NCBI GenBank assembly: GCA_023485845.1
Contig: JAMCZE010000010.1
Location: forward strand, 20,160-84,159
Direction of reading: 5' to 3'
Source: Patescibacteria group bacterium
Lineage (GTDB): Bacteria; Patescibacteriota; Microgenomatia; JAMCZE01
Length of the DNA stretch: 64,000 nucleotides
The notes below the pieces were generated by a model. It saw nothing but the letters and a program-made list of their open reading frames with translations. It did not search any database and had not been told where the DNA came from. The number at the start of each line of letters is the position of its first letter. Within the stretch, counting starts at the first letter, position 1. The translations under genes were made by a program, and so were the position numbers. Below, piece after piece: positions 27,165 through 35,441 of the stretch.

Positions 27165-27461
27165 ATGTCCAAAAATCTGCAGCAAATAAAAAAAACCATT
27201 GGCGATAACATTTCTCCGCTGCGAGACCAATTTGGTGTCCAAAAATTGGGAGTCTTCGGCTCCTTCACCCGCAATGAGCAAACTGACCTTAGCGACGTCG
27301 ACATTCTCGTAGAATTTTCCCGGACCCCAAGCCTGTTTAGATTCATTGATTTGGAACAAACTTTAACGAGCTTGGTTGGGCGGAAAGTTGATCTAGTGAC
27401 CAAAAATGCGCTAAAGCCTTCAATTAAAAATGACATCTTAAACGAGGTTGTTTATGTCTAA
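27165..27461 (+). CDS. mntA: MntA-type minimal nucleotidyltransferase (antitoxin of the HepT/MntA pair)
   Basis: GVFGSFTRNEQTDLSDVDILVEF (GS...DxD) motif; 8-nt overlap with the downstream HEPN gene. Confidence 0.75.
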   Translation: MSKNLQQIKKTIGDNISPLRDQFGVQKLGVFGSFTRNEQTDLSDVDILVEFSRTPSLFRFIDLEQTLTSLVGRKVDLVTKNALKPSIKNDILNEVVYV

Positions 27462-27807
27462 ACGAGACCCAAAACTTTACCTTCAGGATATTTCCGACGC
27501 TATTTCGAAAATTGAGGCCTTTACATCGGGCGTGTCCTACGATAACTTCGTTCGCGACGAAGAAAAAATGGATGCTATCATTCGAAACCTGGAGGTAATT
27601 GGCGAAGCAGCTAAAAATGTCCCCCCGGAAATAAGAGAAAAATATCCGGAAATTCCTTGGGAAAAAATGACCAGCACTAGGAATAAAGTTCTGCACGAGT
27701 ATTTTGGCATTGACATGGAGATTCTTTGGGAGACAATTCAAGAGGACATCCCATCCCTAAAAGTAAAACTTGATAACATTCCCGGATTAGCCAGGAAACT
27801 AATTTAA
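27454..27807 (+). CDS. hepT: HepT (DUF86 HEPN) toxin
   Basis: Rx4HxY motif RNKVLHEY near the C-terminus. Confidence 0.75.
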   Translation: MSKRDPKLYLQDISDAISKIEAFTSGVSYDNFVRDEEKMDAIIRNLEVIGEAAKNVPPEIREKYPEIPWEKMTSTRNKVLHEYFGIDMEILWETIQEDIPSLKVKLDNIPGLARKLI

Positions 27808-27837
27808 TCCCACTACTTTTAATTAAGTTTTAATGAA

Positions 27838-28206
27838 AAAAGATGGCGCTTTTATTGTTCTCTTTAAGGATAATACCCGGCAGGAAGTTTTTTTGGTTCG
27901 CCGGTCAGACATTCCCATCCCCGTATGACTTATTTATTCGAGGGTAGGGTTGTCTCCGGAAAGTTCCGCCCAGAATTTCCCGGCTGTCTGGGAAAGTGGT
28001 TTTCTATAGCCAGCCTCCCCGCCGACATCGTCCCACGAACTAAGACCAAAATCTTTGATGTTATCAATCATCGTTCAAGCGCTCCGTTCCAAAAAACAAT
28101 TCAGGAAACCAGTTTCGCCTTAAACTTTCATATTTTCCTTCGCCATCCCCACCAAGCAAGCAAGTTTCTTCTCTCCTGTTGGCTAAAATCCCACCTTACT
28201 GGATAA
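27838..28206 (+). pseudogene. possible degenerate/frameshifted NUDIX hydrolase remnant
   Basis: The first frame gives MKKDGAFIVLFKDNTRQEVFLVRRSDIPIPV* (NUDIX N-terminus-like); the next frame has PEFPGCLGKW, resembling WEFPGGKVE; no intact REx2EE box. Confidence 0.3.
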
Positions 28207-28224
28207 GTGAAGAAAAGCAGTCGG

Positions 28225-28260
28225 GTTGGGGAGCTTCAAACGCCACAAAAGTGATATAAT
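28225..28260 (+). promoter_or_regulatory. extended -10 promoter (TGaTATAAT) for the NTase-NDK operon
   Basis: gtgatataat at 28251-28260, 12 nt upstream of the ATG at 28273. Confidence 0.4.
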
Positions 28261-28272
28261 GAGCTATAGGAT

Positions 28273-29514
28273 ATGGCCCTACGCAATCAAGAACTCTTTA
28301 ATTTTGATAGTGACATCCAAAAAACTAGTGATTTTGTCGCAATAGCTGCGGAGACATCTGGAACAATTGCCATTCTTAAAGGTGGTGCCGTCCGTGATCA
28401 ACTATGGAACTACTATCACGGAACAGATTTCAGACCGAAAGACCTAGACTTTTTTGTCGTCTCGAATATCCACTTGGTTCATCGCCAACTGCAAGACAAG
28501 GGCTTTAACCTGGTCGAAAGAAGAAAACGGAAGGGCACCCCAGTTTTCAAATACAAAAGTCCTTTATCTGGAACGGACTTTGAATTAGGGACGCTCATTG
28601 GCAGACCAAAAAAATATAGCCAAAGGGATTCATTACAAGATTTATTGTACATTGACGCAGAAAGCACAGATCTAACAATTGACGCACTATCGTTAACGTT
28701 AAGACCCAGCAAATATTCTTGGGACGAGAGCGAAGTAAATGACCCAATCGGAGCAATGCGGGATATTAAAAATGGTGAAATAAAAACACCCCATCCGGCT
28801 ACATTTTTTAGGGCACCCGACGCAATGTTAAAAGCGGTGCGGCTTGCTTCCCAATTGGATGCAACATTACCAATTGAGACATTGGCTAGATTATCAGAAG
28901 CATGCAGCTTAGTTCCGAAAGTACCTTTTAAGCTTATTTATAAAGAGGCACATAGAATTGTAGAATTTGGGGGAACTGACATTTCCCAAGAGGTGCTCCA
29001 TGGCACAGGAATAGTTGACGCCCTGTTTCCGGGCCGAACGCTTGATGCCGCCGATTTATTTAAGCAATGGTTTATAACTGATGCCCCAGACTACACGATT
29101 GTGATGCTAAAACCGGACGGAGTTGAGAAACAGTTGCAAATTGAGGTCATCAAGGGGCTGCAAGAGTTAGGACTAACATTGGCAGCAAGAAAAAGATTAA
29201 AACTGGAGGTTCCGGACATAGATAAAATCTACACAAATGTTAGAAATGAATGGCTCATACCGAAAATCCAGGCGCATCTTACATCGGGCGAGAGCGAGGC
29301 AATGATTTTTTTGGGAGATGGCTCGATACAAATAGCCAGAAAATTTATTGGAGCTACGGCGTTAGGTGAAAGACAAGCAGGTGGGCTGCGTGGTAAATAC
29401 TCCAATGATTTTATTAAAAATATCGCGCACTCCCCGGACAGTCAGGAAGAACTAAACAGAACGGCAAAGGTCTTATTCCCAACTTTACCAATAGCAAACC
29501 AAGATGCCGAATGA
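28273..29514 (+). CDS. fusion protein: class II CCA/poly(A) polymerase-type nucleotidyltransferase head domain + C-terminal nucleoside-diphosphate kinase domain
   Basis: N-terminal GGAVRDQLW...KDLDFFVV (GGxVRD...DxD) and RDSLQDLL...DLTIDAL (RRD-FTINAL-like motif B). C-terminal TIVMLKPDGVE... and NIAHSPDS (the NDK catalytic His in the NxxHxSD context). Confidence 0.7.
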   Translation: MALRNQELFNFDSDIQKTSDFVAIAAETSGTIAILKGGAVRDQLWNYYHGTDFRPKDLDFFVVSNIHLVHRQLQDKGFNLVERRKRKGTPVFKYKSPLSGTDFELGTLIGRPKKYSQRDSLQDLLYIDAESTDLTIDALSLTLRPSKYSWDESEVNDPIGAMRDIKNGEIKTPHPATFFRAPDAMLKAVRLASQLDATLPIETLARLSEACSLVPKVPFKLIYKEAHRIVEFGGTDISQEVLHGTGIVDALFPGRTLDAADLFKQWFITDAPDYTIVMLKPDGVEKQLQIEVIKGLQELGLTLAARKRLKLEVPDIDKIYTNVRNEWLIPKIQAHLTSGESEAMIFLGDGSIQIARKFIGATALGERQAGGLRGKYSNDFIKNIAHSPDSQEELNRTAKVLFPTLPIANQDAE

Positions 29515-30445
29515 AGTAGTTACTATTTTAATAGTAACCAGCAATTCTCTCCCTTATCTAGAGTTAACTGTTAGATCAATCGGGGAAAATACAAAAATTC
29601 CCTACAAATTACTTGTTGTCGACAATGGATCAGCTTCTGATACAAAGTTGTATTTGCAAAAAAATAATATTCCCTATCTAAGAAACCCCAAAAATGTTGG
29701 CTACATCAAAGCGCAGTGGCAAGGATTCAGAAAAATAACAACCAAATATGTTTGTTCGTGTAATGATGATATCATCGTCACTGAAAATTGGCTAACTAAA
29801 TTACTAGAAATTATTAAGACAGACAAAAGAGTAAAAATCGTTGCCCCGATAAAATGGAGCTCTCGAATGATCTATCCCTATGACAAGAGACGCAACTGCC
29901 GACAGGTTTGGGAAGAGATAAAATTGAAGTCCGATGGTAAAGACCTAAATAAATTAATCGATAAATTTACTTTGGGAAAGAGGCTTGAGATTTTTTCCGA
30001 AGACCTAAAACGAATTAATGGACTTCGGAACGTTTTTGTAGAATCACCTCCGGATTTTGTCCCGGGATTTTGTTTTCTGACGGAGAAAAAATTTTGGGAT
30101 AGGCACGGCGGGTTTGTTAATACAGATTTTAAAATATATGGGACAGAGGATGCTGAACGGTGTTGGCGTTTAGGAATCCTGGGGTACAAGATAATCAAAA
30201 CCCCCAGTGTTTACGTTCACCATTTTGAAGGAGGGTCTGTTGGATTAAACAAAGTACCTACAAACAAAGTATTAATCTATAATAATAGGATTCTGCTTAA
30301 AAAGATGGGGAAATACTTCTGGAATTGGCTGGAAAAGGAACAAACAATAAAACCACTTGGGGAAATCATAAAAGACCACTGGTTCGTTGGTGAATTGCTT
30401 AAGAATTCAGGGCATGATAACATACCTTATGAGCCCAGTAATTAA
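29504..30445 (+). CDS. family 2 glycosyltransferase
   Basis: ILIVTSNSLPYL...LLVVDNGSASD and a downstream DDD-type acidic motif; overlaps the previous gene by 11 nt. Confidence 0.8.
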   Translation: MPNEVVTILIVTSNSLPYLELTVRSIGENTKIPYKLLVVDNGSASDTKLYLQKNNIPYLRNPKNVGYIKAQWQGFRKITTKYVCSCNDDIIVTENWLTKLLEIIKTDKRVKIVAPIKWSSRMIYPYDKRRNCRQVWEEIKLKSDGKDLNKLIDKFTLGKRLEIFSEDLKRINGLRNVFVESPPDFVPGFCFLTEKKFWDRHGGFVNTDFKIYGTEDAERCWRLGILGYKIIKTPSVYVHHFEGGSVGLNKVPTNKVLIYNNRILLKKMGKYFWNWLEKEQTIKPLGEIIKDHWFVGELLKNSGHDNIPYEPSN

Positions 30446-31082
30446 AAAGTGCTTACCAATATTGGATAAAGCCTTCAGGGAATCGAACGAGTTGGCAGGT
30501 GGCATGAACTATCGCTATCTCCATGGTCTAAGAACAATGCTTGCCTGTGAACAGATTATTAATTCCCCAGAACTTCGAAACAAAAAAATAGACAGGGAGT
30601 CACTGTTTATTGCTGCACTATTTCATGATATTGGCAAGGTAATTCATATCGAACAGGATGGGACGCTTCAGGGAGACAGATCAGGTGATGCTATTTCTCA
30701 CGAGGAAATGGGCGCAAGGATTCTTAAAGATTACATAGGAAATCTGCTGTCGGAAAAGCAGGTCGAGAAGATCGCAAACATGATTCGTAACCAGCATGAT
30801 CCCAAACCGGATGATTATGAGATTAAAGTCCTCAGTGATGCCGACATATTGGATTCAATCGGATTAATAAATGTCTGGCGGATGTTCACTTACTCCGGTA
30901 AAAAGTCCCGATCACTTGAGGAAACCCTGGACTATTATAAGAGTACAAGTGGGGATAAAACCCGCCAAGAGAAAATTTATTTTTCTTTTACTAAGAGGGT
31001 CGCCAACGACCGGAGAAGTCGTTTGAAAAAGTTTATCAAAGAGTTTATAAAAGAGTATAAATCTAAAGACCTAGGGGTATGA
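30429..31082 (+). CDS. HD-domain phosphohydrolase
   Basis: LFHDIGK (the H...HD motif) and downstream D...D; 17-nt overlap with the GT2 gene. Confidence 0.75.
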   Translation: MSPVIKKCLPILDKAFRESNELAGGMNYRYLHGLRTMLACEQIINSPELRNKKIDRESLFIAALFHDIGKVIHIEQDGTLQGDRSGDAISHEEMGARILKDYIGNLLSEKQVEKIANMIRNQHDPKPDDYEIKVLSDADILDSIGLINVWRMFTYSGKKSRSLEETLDYYKSTSGDKTRQEKIYFSFTKRVANDRRSRLKKFIKEFIKEYKSKDLGV

Positions 31083-32260
31083 AAGTTGTCCTTCTTCTGT
31101 TTAACATGCCCCTATCAAAACCCTGTGGAAGTGCCCGTTTCACAGTCCAAGTTGCAAATAAATTAACAGACTTGGGCCATGACGTGACGGTGATAGCTAA
31201 CACAGACGCCGACAACACAAAATATGATTTCCGGTATGTGCAGGTCAATACTCCACCATACGGAAGCTGGAAAAGCTGCCTGACGAATCCAGACAGTTTT
31301 CTGGAAACGACGCATAAATACGCCCAGACCTTGTTTGACCTGCAGGTTAAATATGGGTTTGACATTTTGCATGTCCAACACCTCCTGTTCTCAACACTTG
31401 TAGCAACAATATATAAAGACATACATTGCAGGCCGTTTGTCGCTACCTGTCATGGAACAGAAACTTTCGAGACGGGAAATAATACTAAGATGAAAGGCTA
31501 CTTTCGCTATGCAGCTAACGCCGACTTCATTACTGCCGACAGCAACTCAATCGTTGGTGACGTTAGAAAGTTCGTAAAATACCCGGCTTCAAAAATCGCA
31601 GTCATTAACACGGCTGTGGATGTTAACAAATTTAAATTTATTAAATCGACTAGGCGCGCAATTCGCAATAGGCTGGGGTTTAGCACAAATGACAAAGTAA
31701 TTCTATTTGCCGGAAGGTTAGTTAAAGAAAAGGGGGTTCTCGAAATTCCAATTATCTTTAAAGAATTAATAAAACCAAACAAGAACATAAAATTGCTAAT
31801 TGTCGGTGATGGGCCAGAAAAGAAACAGCTGCTTAGTAATCTCCACGGGCTCAAGGTGCCACACTCTTTGTTTAGGCTAACCGGTTTCATTTCTCAGGAT
31901 TTAATGCCTGATTATTATATGGCCGGAGACATCTTTTTGATGCCATCCCTTTGGAATGAACCGTTTGCAACTAGCGCACTGGAAGCAATGGCTTGCAAGT
32001 GCCCGGTCATCGCTTATGACAATGGCGGAATTGCGCATGCCCTAAAAGATAACGGGTATAAATGGCTTGTATGCAGACGGGGAAATAAAGCAGAGCTTAT
32101 TAACAAAACAACACAGCTATTAACAGACAAAGGGAGACTAAGCGGTTATCAAAAATCATTAAGAGCTTTTGTCCAAAATAATTACACCTGGGATATAAGC
32201 GTTGCTAAGCTAATTAAAATCTACGAGGAATGCATAGCTAAAACCAAACATGAATATTAA
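31079..32260 (+). CDS. family 4 (GT-B fold) glycosyltransferase
   Basis: GT4 architecture, with the EPFATSALEAMACKCPVIA motif (the E-x7-E region). Confidence 0.8.
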   Translation: MKVVLLLFNMPLSKPCGSARFTVQVANKLTDLGHDVTVIANTDADNTKYDFRYVQVNTPPYGSWKSCLTNPDSFLETTHKYAQTLFDLQVKYGFDILHVQHLLFSTLVATIYKDIHCRPFVATCHGTETFETGNNTKMKGYFRYAANADFITADSNSIVGDVRKFVKYPASKIAVINTAVDVNKFKFIKSTRRAIRNRLGFSTNDKVILFAGRLVKEKGVLEIPIIFKELIKPNKNIKLLIVGDGPEKKQLLSNLHGLKVPHSLFRLTGFISQDLMPDYYMAGDIFLMPSLWNEPFATSALEAMACKCPVIAYDNGGIAHALKDNGYKWLVCRRGNKAELINKTTQLLTDKGRLSGYQKSLRAFVQNNYTWDISVAKLIKIYEECIAKTKHEY

Positions 32261-33179
32261 ATATAAAATTCAGTCATGCGAAAGAATAATCTCATTTCAA
32301 ACGCATGATAATGATGTTATCAATTATTTGTCCAACGACCCACTGCCATTAAATCATATTCCATGCTATAAAATTTCGCTGGGAAAATCCGCAAGTGATT
32401 TTTCTTTCGTCCATAAATTTGGTGATAAATCCAGTCTGGTGTGTAATCTTCAAAAATCGGAGGTTGTGCTGACGGCTGCAAATAAAATTCCCGGAGGGCA
32501 ATTTGTGTTTGCATTTTTGCCAATTTTTGAACGGCTATATGAGTCAAGAGGGCTATATGGTCTCCATGCGGGATTAGTAATCCTAAATGGATGTGCCGTA
32601 TTTCTTATAGGAGACACAAAAGCTGGTAAGTCGATAATTTCGGCAAAGCTACATTACGATTTTGGCGCGGATTTCGTGACTGACGAGAGAAGTATTATCA
32701 GTACTGCAGACAGTCAAATTTTCGCCGGCTCAAAAATCCTCTCCCTAAGAGAGAGTGCCATTAAAGCTGCTGATATTAAAGACATTGAAAAGTATCGGCT
32801 TTCAGACAGCAACAGCACAAGTAAAAACTACTACAAGCCTAAATCCAATCTTAGTCTCCCAATAAAGATTGAAGGGGCCCTGTTTATCTTCCCCCATTTT
32901 GGAAATACCGAGCTGACAACCGAGATACCGAGCGATTTTGTTCTAACTTATATGCTGTACGAGAACATTACCGCTACTATACGTTCATGCATATCAATAT
33001 TTGTGCCTGAATCAGTAGGAATGCCGTCAATGGACAATGATGCCCTTTCTACAAGACGAGCTCATGACATAAACAAACTCCTATCTAGGATTCCACATAA
33101 ATGTTTCGACATCACTGGTAGTCTAGACGCAATATGCAGCAAGATTTACAAAGAGGCAAATTTACAAAATTTTTCTTGA
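32250..33179 (+). CDS. HPr kinase/phosphorylase C-terminal-domain-like P-loop protein (HprK-related kinase)
   Basis: GLHAGLVILNGCAVFLIGDTKAGKSIISAKLHYDFGADFVTDE resembles the HprK C-domain P-loop (GvLi.G.sG.GKSe.aL.L...G..lv.DD). Confidence 0.55.
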   Translation: MNIKYKIQSCERIISFQTHDNDVINYLSNDPLPLNHIPCYKISLGKSASDFSFVHKFGDKSSLVCNLQKSEVVLTAANKIPGGQFVFAFLPIFERLYESRGLYGLHAGLVILNGCAVFLIGDTKAGKSIISAKLHYDFGADFVTDERSIISTADSQIFAGSKILSLRESAIKAADIKDIEKYRLSDSNSTSKNYYKPKSNLSLPIKIEGALFIFPHFGNTELTTEIPSDFVLTYMLYENITATIRSCISIFVPESVGMPSMDNDALSTRRAHDINKLLSRIPHKCFDITGSLDAICSKIYKEANLQNFS

Positions 33180-33195
33180 CAATCCGGACCCAATA

Positions 33196-33300
33196 ATGAA
33201 CGACACGATTGCCCCTGCCAATCTCATTCTCGCCGTGACTGTTGCCTTCATTGGTCTTATTGTCAACCGAAATATTGAAGCACAAAAAAGAACTCTCTAG
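33196..33300 (+). CDS. small single-TM peptide (34 aa) distal in the operon
   Basis: MNDTIAPANLILAVTVAFIGLIVNRNIEAQKRTL; it lies between the HprK-like gene and the terminator. Missed by the ORF track. Confidence 0.3.
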   Translation: MNDTIAPANLILAVTVAFIGLIVNRNIEAQKRTL

Positions 33301-33365
33301 CAAATATTGCCTTTCTCGACACCCCCCCTTCCTGATATACTTTGTTCCGGCGAACGGGGGGGTTA

Positions 33366-33396
33366 CCCCGGGTTTATCTCGGGGCGGGGATTTTTA
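33366..33396 (+). terminator. intrinsic terminator candidate (GC hairpin ccccg/cgggg followed by a T5 tract)
   Basis: Read directly; it is preceded by a C7...G7 hairpin at 33322-33362. Confidence 0.35.
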
Positions 33397-33420
33397 GTTT
33401 TTTTGTGATATAATTTCTCC

Positions 33421-33819
33421 ATGGACCAGAAAACAGTCGTAAAGAATTGGCTTGATGGTGCAAATGAGGCTTGGAAGGCAATATCGAAATTTGCCGGTTC
33501 CAAAGAGGGACATCTTGCCTTGTTTTTTCTTCATTTATCATTAGAAAAAACCCTAAAAGGGTTGTATTTAGCGAAATTTAATGAACCGGCGCCTTTTACA
33601 CACGATCTGTTACAATTGACCGACAAGATTGGACTTAAAACAACGGACGTTGAGAAGAAACAATTAGCAGAAATTTCCACTTTTAACATTGCTGCCAGAT
33701 ATGACGATTACAAGTATCGCCTCCAAGAAAGGGCGACTTTTGAATTCGTCAAAGAGTGGACGGCAATCGGTGAAAATTTGAGAAACAAGTTTATAAAAGA
33801 AATGGAAAAATATGAATGA
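33421..33819 (+). CDS. HEPN-domain protein (PF05168-like)
   Basis: HLSLEKTLKGLYLAK...FTHDLLQL...IAARY pattern; 8-nt overlap with the downstream NTase gene. Confidence 0.7.
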   Translation: MDQKTVVKNWLDGANEAWKAISKFAGSKEGHLALFFLHLSLEKTLKGLYLAKFNEPAPFTHDLLQLTDKIGLKTTDVEKKQLAEISTFNIAARYDDYKYRLQERATFEFVKEWTAIGENLRNKFIKEMEKYE

Positions 33820-34120
33820 CGCTTTAAACAAAGCCAAAAAATTTGTTGTCCAGTTAAGAAATGATGGGGTGGAAGTTGACTCTGCTTTTTTGTTTGGTTC
33901 TTATGCCAAGGGAACACAGCACAAGGACAGTGATATTGATGTTTGCATTGTTTCTCAAAGATTTGGGAAGGATTATATCGAAGAAATGGTGGACTTGCGG
34001 ATGAAAGCTTTAAAAATTGATATTCGTATTGAACCAATTCCGTTAACCCCGAGGGATCTGGCTGACCCCTACAGTTCGCTTTCAACAGAAATCCGCAATA
34101 CCGGTTTGGCCATTACCTAA
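33812..34120 (+). CDS. minimal nucleotidyltransferase (the MNT partner of the HEPN protein)
   Basis: LFGSYAKGTQHKDSDIDVCIV motif. Confidence 0.75.
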   Translation: MNDALNKAKKFVVQLRNDGVEVDSAFLFGSYAKGTQHKDSDIDVCIVSQRFGKDYIEEMVDLRMKALKIDIRIEPIPLTPRDLADPYSSLSTEIRNTGLAIT

Positions 34121-34191
34121 GAAATCCCCAGCCAGAGGAAAGCTTGTCTGTGATAACCAAGCGCAAAAAAGAGCTCCCCAATAAATTTTTC

Positions 34192-34221
34192 TTGACAATC
34201 CCAACCTAATCTTGATATACT
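34192..34221 (+). promoter_or_regulatory. sigma70-like promoter (TTGACA, 18 nt spacer, TATACT); a copy of the module tttttcttgacaatcc...gatatactttg
   Basis: The same 16-18-bp strings occur at 33168-33185 and 33331-33343. Confidence 0.45.
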
Positions 34222-34239
34222 TTGAGGCAGTAGCAAATT

Positions 34240-34530
34240 ATGCCTGCGGCAGAATATCACATCAAACCATTGGCCCAAGATCTGCGAGAAATTGTTAGCG
34301 GAATCCTGTTTATAACGCTGCCTGGGCTGCTTGCTGTTACCTGGGCAATTTCTCATCAGCCCGTTAAAATTTCTCAACAGCCGCTGGCGATTCAATCCGG
34401 ACCGATTTGTGGTCAGATCCAAGGAGAACCACCGGGAAAATTCCTGAAAACCGTGGAAATCCAAAGTGATGGCACATCCCGAACCACTCTCACCGAGCTC
34501 CATGAACCCTGCTCGGCAAATCCGCACTAA
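34240..34530 (+). CDS. hypothetical protein
   Basis: 96-aa ORF directly downstream of the promoter above; the overlapping antisense ORF at 34117-34644 was judged spurious. Confidence 0.35.
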   Translation: MPAAEYHIKPLAQDLREIVSGILFITLPGLLAVTWAISHQPVKISQQPLAIQSGPICGQIQGEPPGKFLKTVEIQSDGTSRTTLTELHEPCSANPH

Positions 34531-34586
34531 TTTTGACCTGTGTGAGATAATAAAACTGTTAATTGACAAAGGGAAAATAAAACTAT

Positions 34587-35399
34587 ATGCTGAAAACCGA
34601 AATGGCAGATTCAAGTCAGCAGGAACAACAAGGAAATGGCCCAATTACCCAGCCAGAAAATCTTGGAATATCAAGAAGGGGATTTATCAAGGATATGGCT
34701 GCTTTGGGCGCATTGGTGGGAATGGGAGCAGTGGCCGGAACAAAAATTGCAGAAGCCCAATCTGATCAAACCTCGAATACCATAGTGAAAAAACCTGAGA
34801 CTGGGCCAACTGGAGGCGGGGAAGTAATTAATTTTGATGTTTCAGCTCGTGAAGGTGGCCAACTAGATTTCTCCGGAGCTAACGCCGGTGATGTTATGCA
34901 AACCGGATTGGGAACTCTTTTGGAACCAATTAACGCCCGCGAAGGAAAATACAAAATAAAACCGTGTTCTGATGCTCTACTGGAGGCAGCAGTTTCAAAG
35001 GCTTTACGTTTCTCAATAGCACCAGTTTCTGATAATGTCCAGGTGATAGTTGTTGACTCTATTAAAAAATCAAGACAAGTTAACGGAAATGAAGAAGTTA
35101 CAGCGGAAGGGAATCATGTCATAGTGACACAAAATAGCGGCCAGGGTTGGGCAATTACCGAATCAGAACCCTGGGTAAATCTTCCTTCTTCCAAAAACGA
35201 TCAATTAAAAAAGGAGGGCTATATGCCAGTTGATGGCCCAACCAGCACTATTGACCTGATAAGAGCCAATAAAAATAACCCAACTCTTATTGGGTTTAAA
35301 ACTGCATTTATTCCTAGTACTCCCGATGGATCTATCAGGTTTTCAACCACACTAATGACCCTTAATTCTAGTACACATCAGCTCGAAGCCGCCCCGTAA
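34587..35399 (+). CDS. Tat-signal secreted hypothetical protein
   Basis: ISRRGFIKDMAALGALVGMGAVAG, a twin-arginine signal. Confidence 0.55.
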   Translation: MLKTEMADSSQQEQQGNGPITQPENLGISRRGFIKDMAALGALVGMGAVAGTKIAEAQSDQTSNTIVKKPETGPTGGGEVINFDVSAREGGQLDFSGANAGDVMQTGLGTLLEPINAREGKYKIKPCSDALLEAAVSKALRFSIAPVSDNVQVIVVDSIKKSRQVNGNEEVTAEGNHVIVTQNSGQGWAITESEPWVNLPSSKNDQLKKEGYMPVDGPTSTIDLIRANKNNPTLIGFKTAFIPSTPDGSIRFSTTLMTLNSSTHQLEAAP

Positions 35400-35441
35400 C
35401 TCGCTTGACTCCTTAGCCTTCTTTCGTTTAAGCTATATGTC

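Noticed and set aside
34117-34644. 175-aa minus-strand ORF
   Set aside because: It is antisense to a promoter-fed plus-strand ORF and to the Tat-signal protein start; no motif; it looks like a chance ORF.
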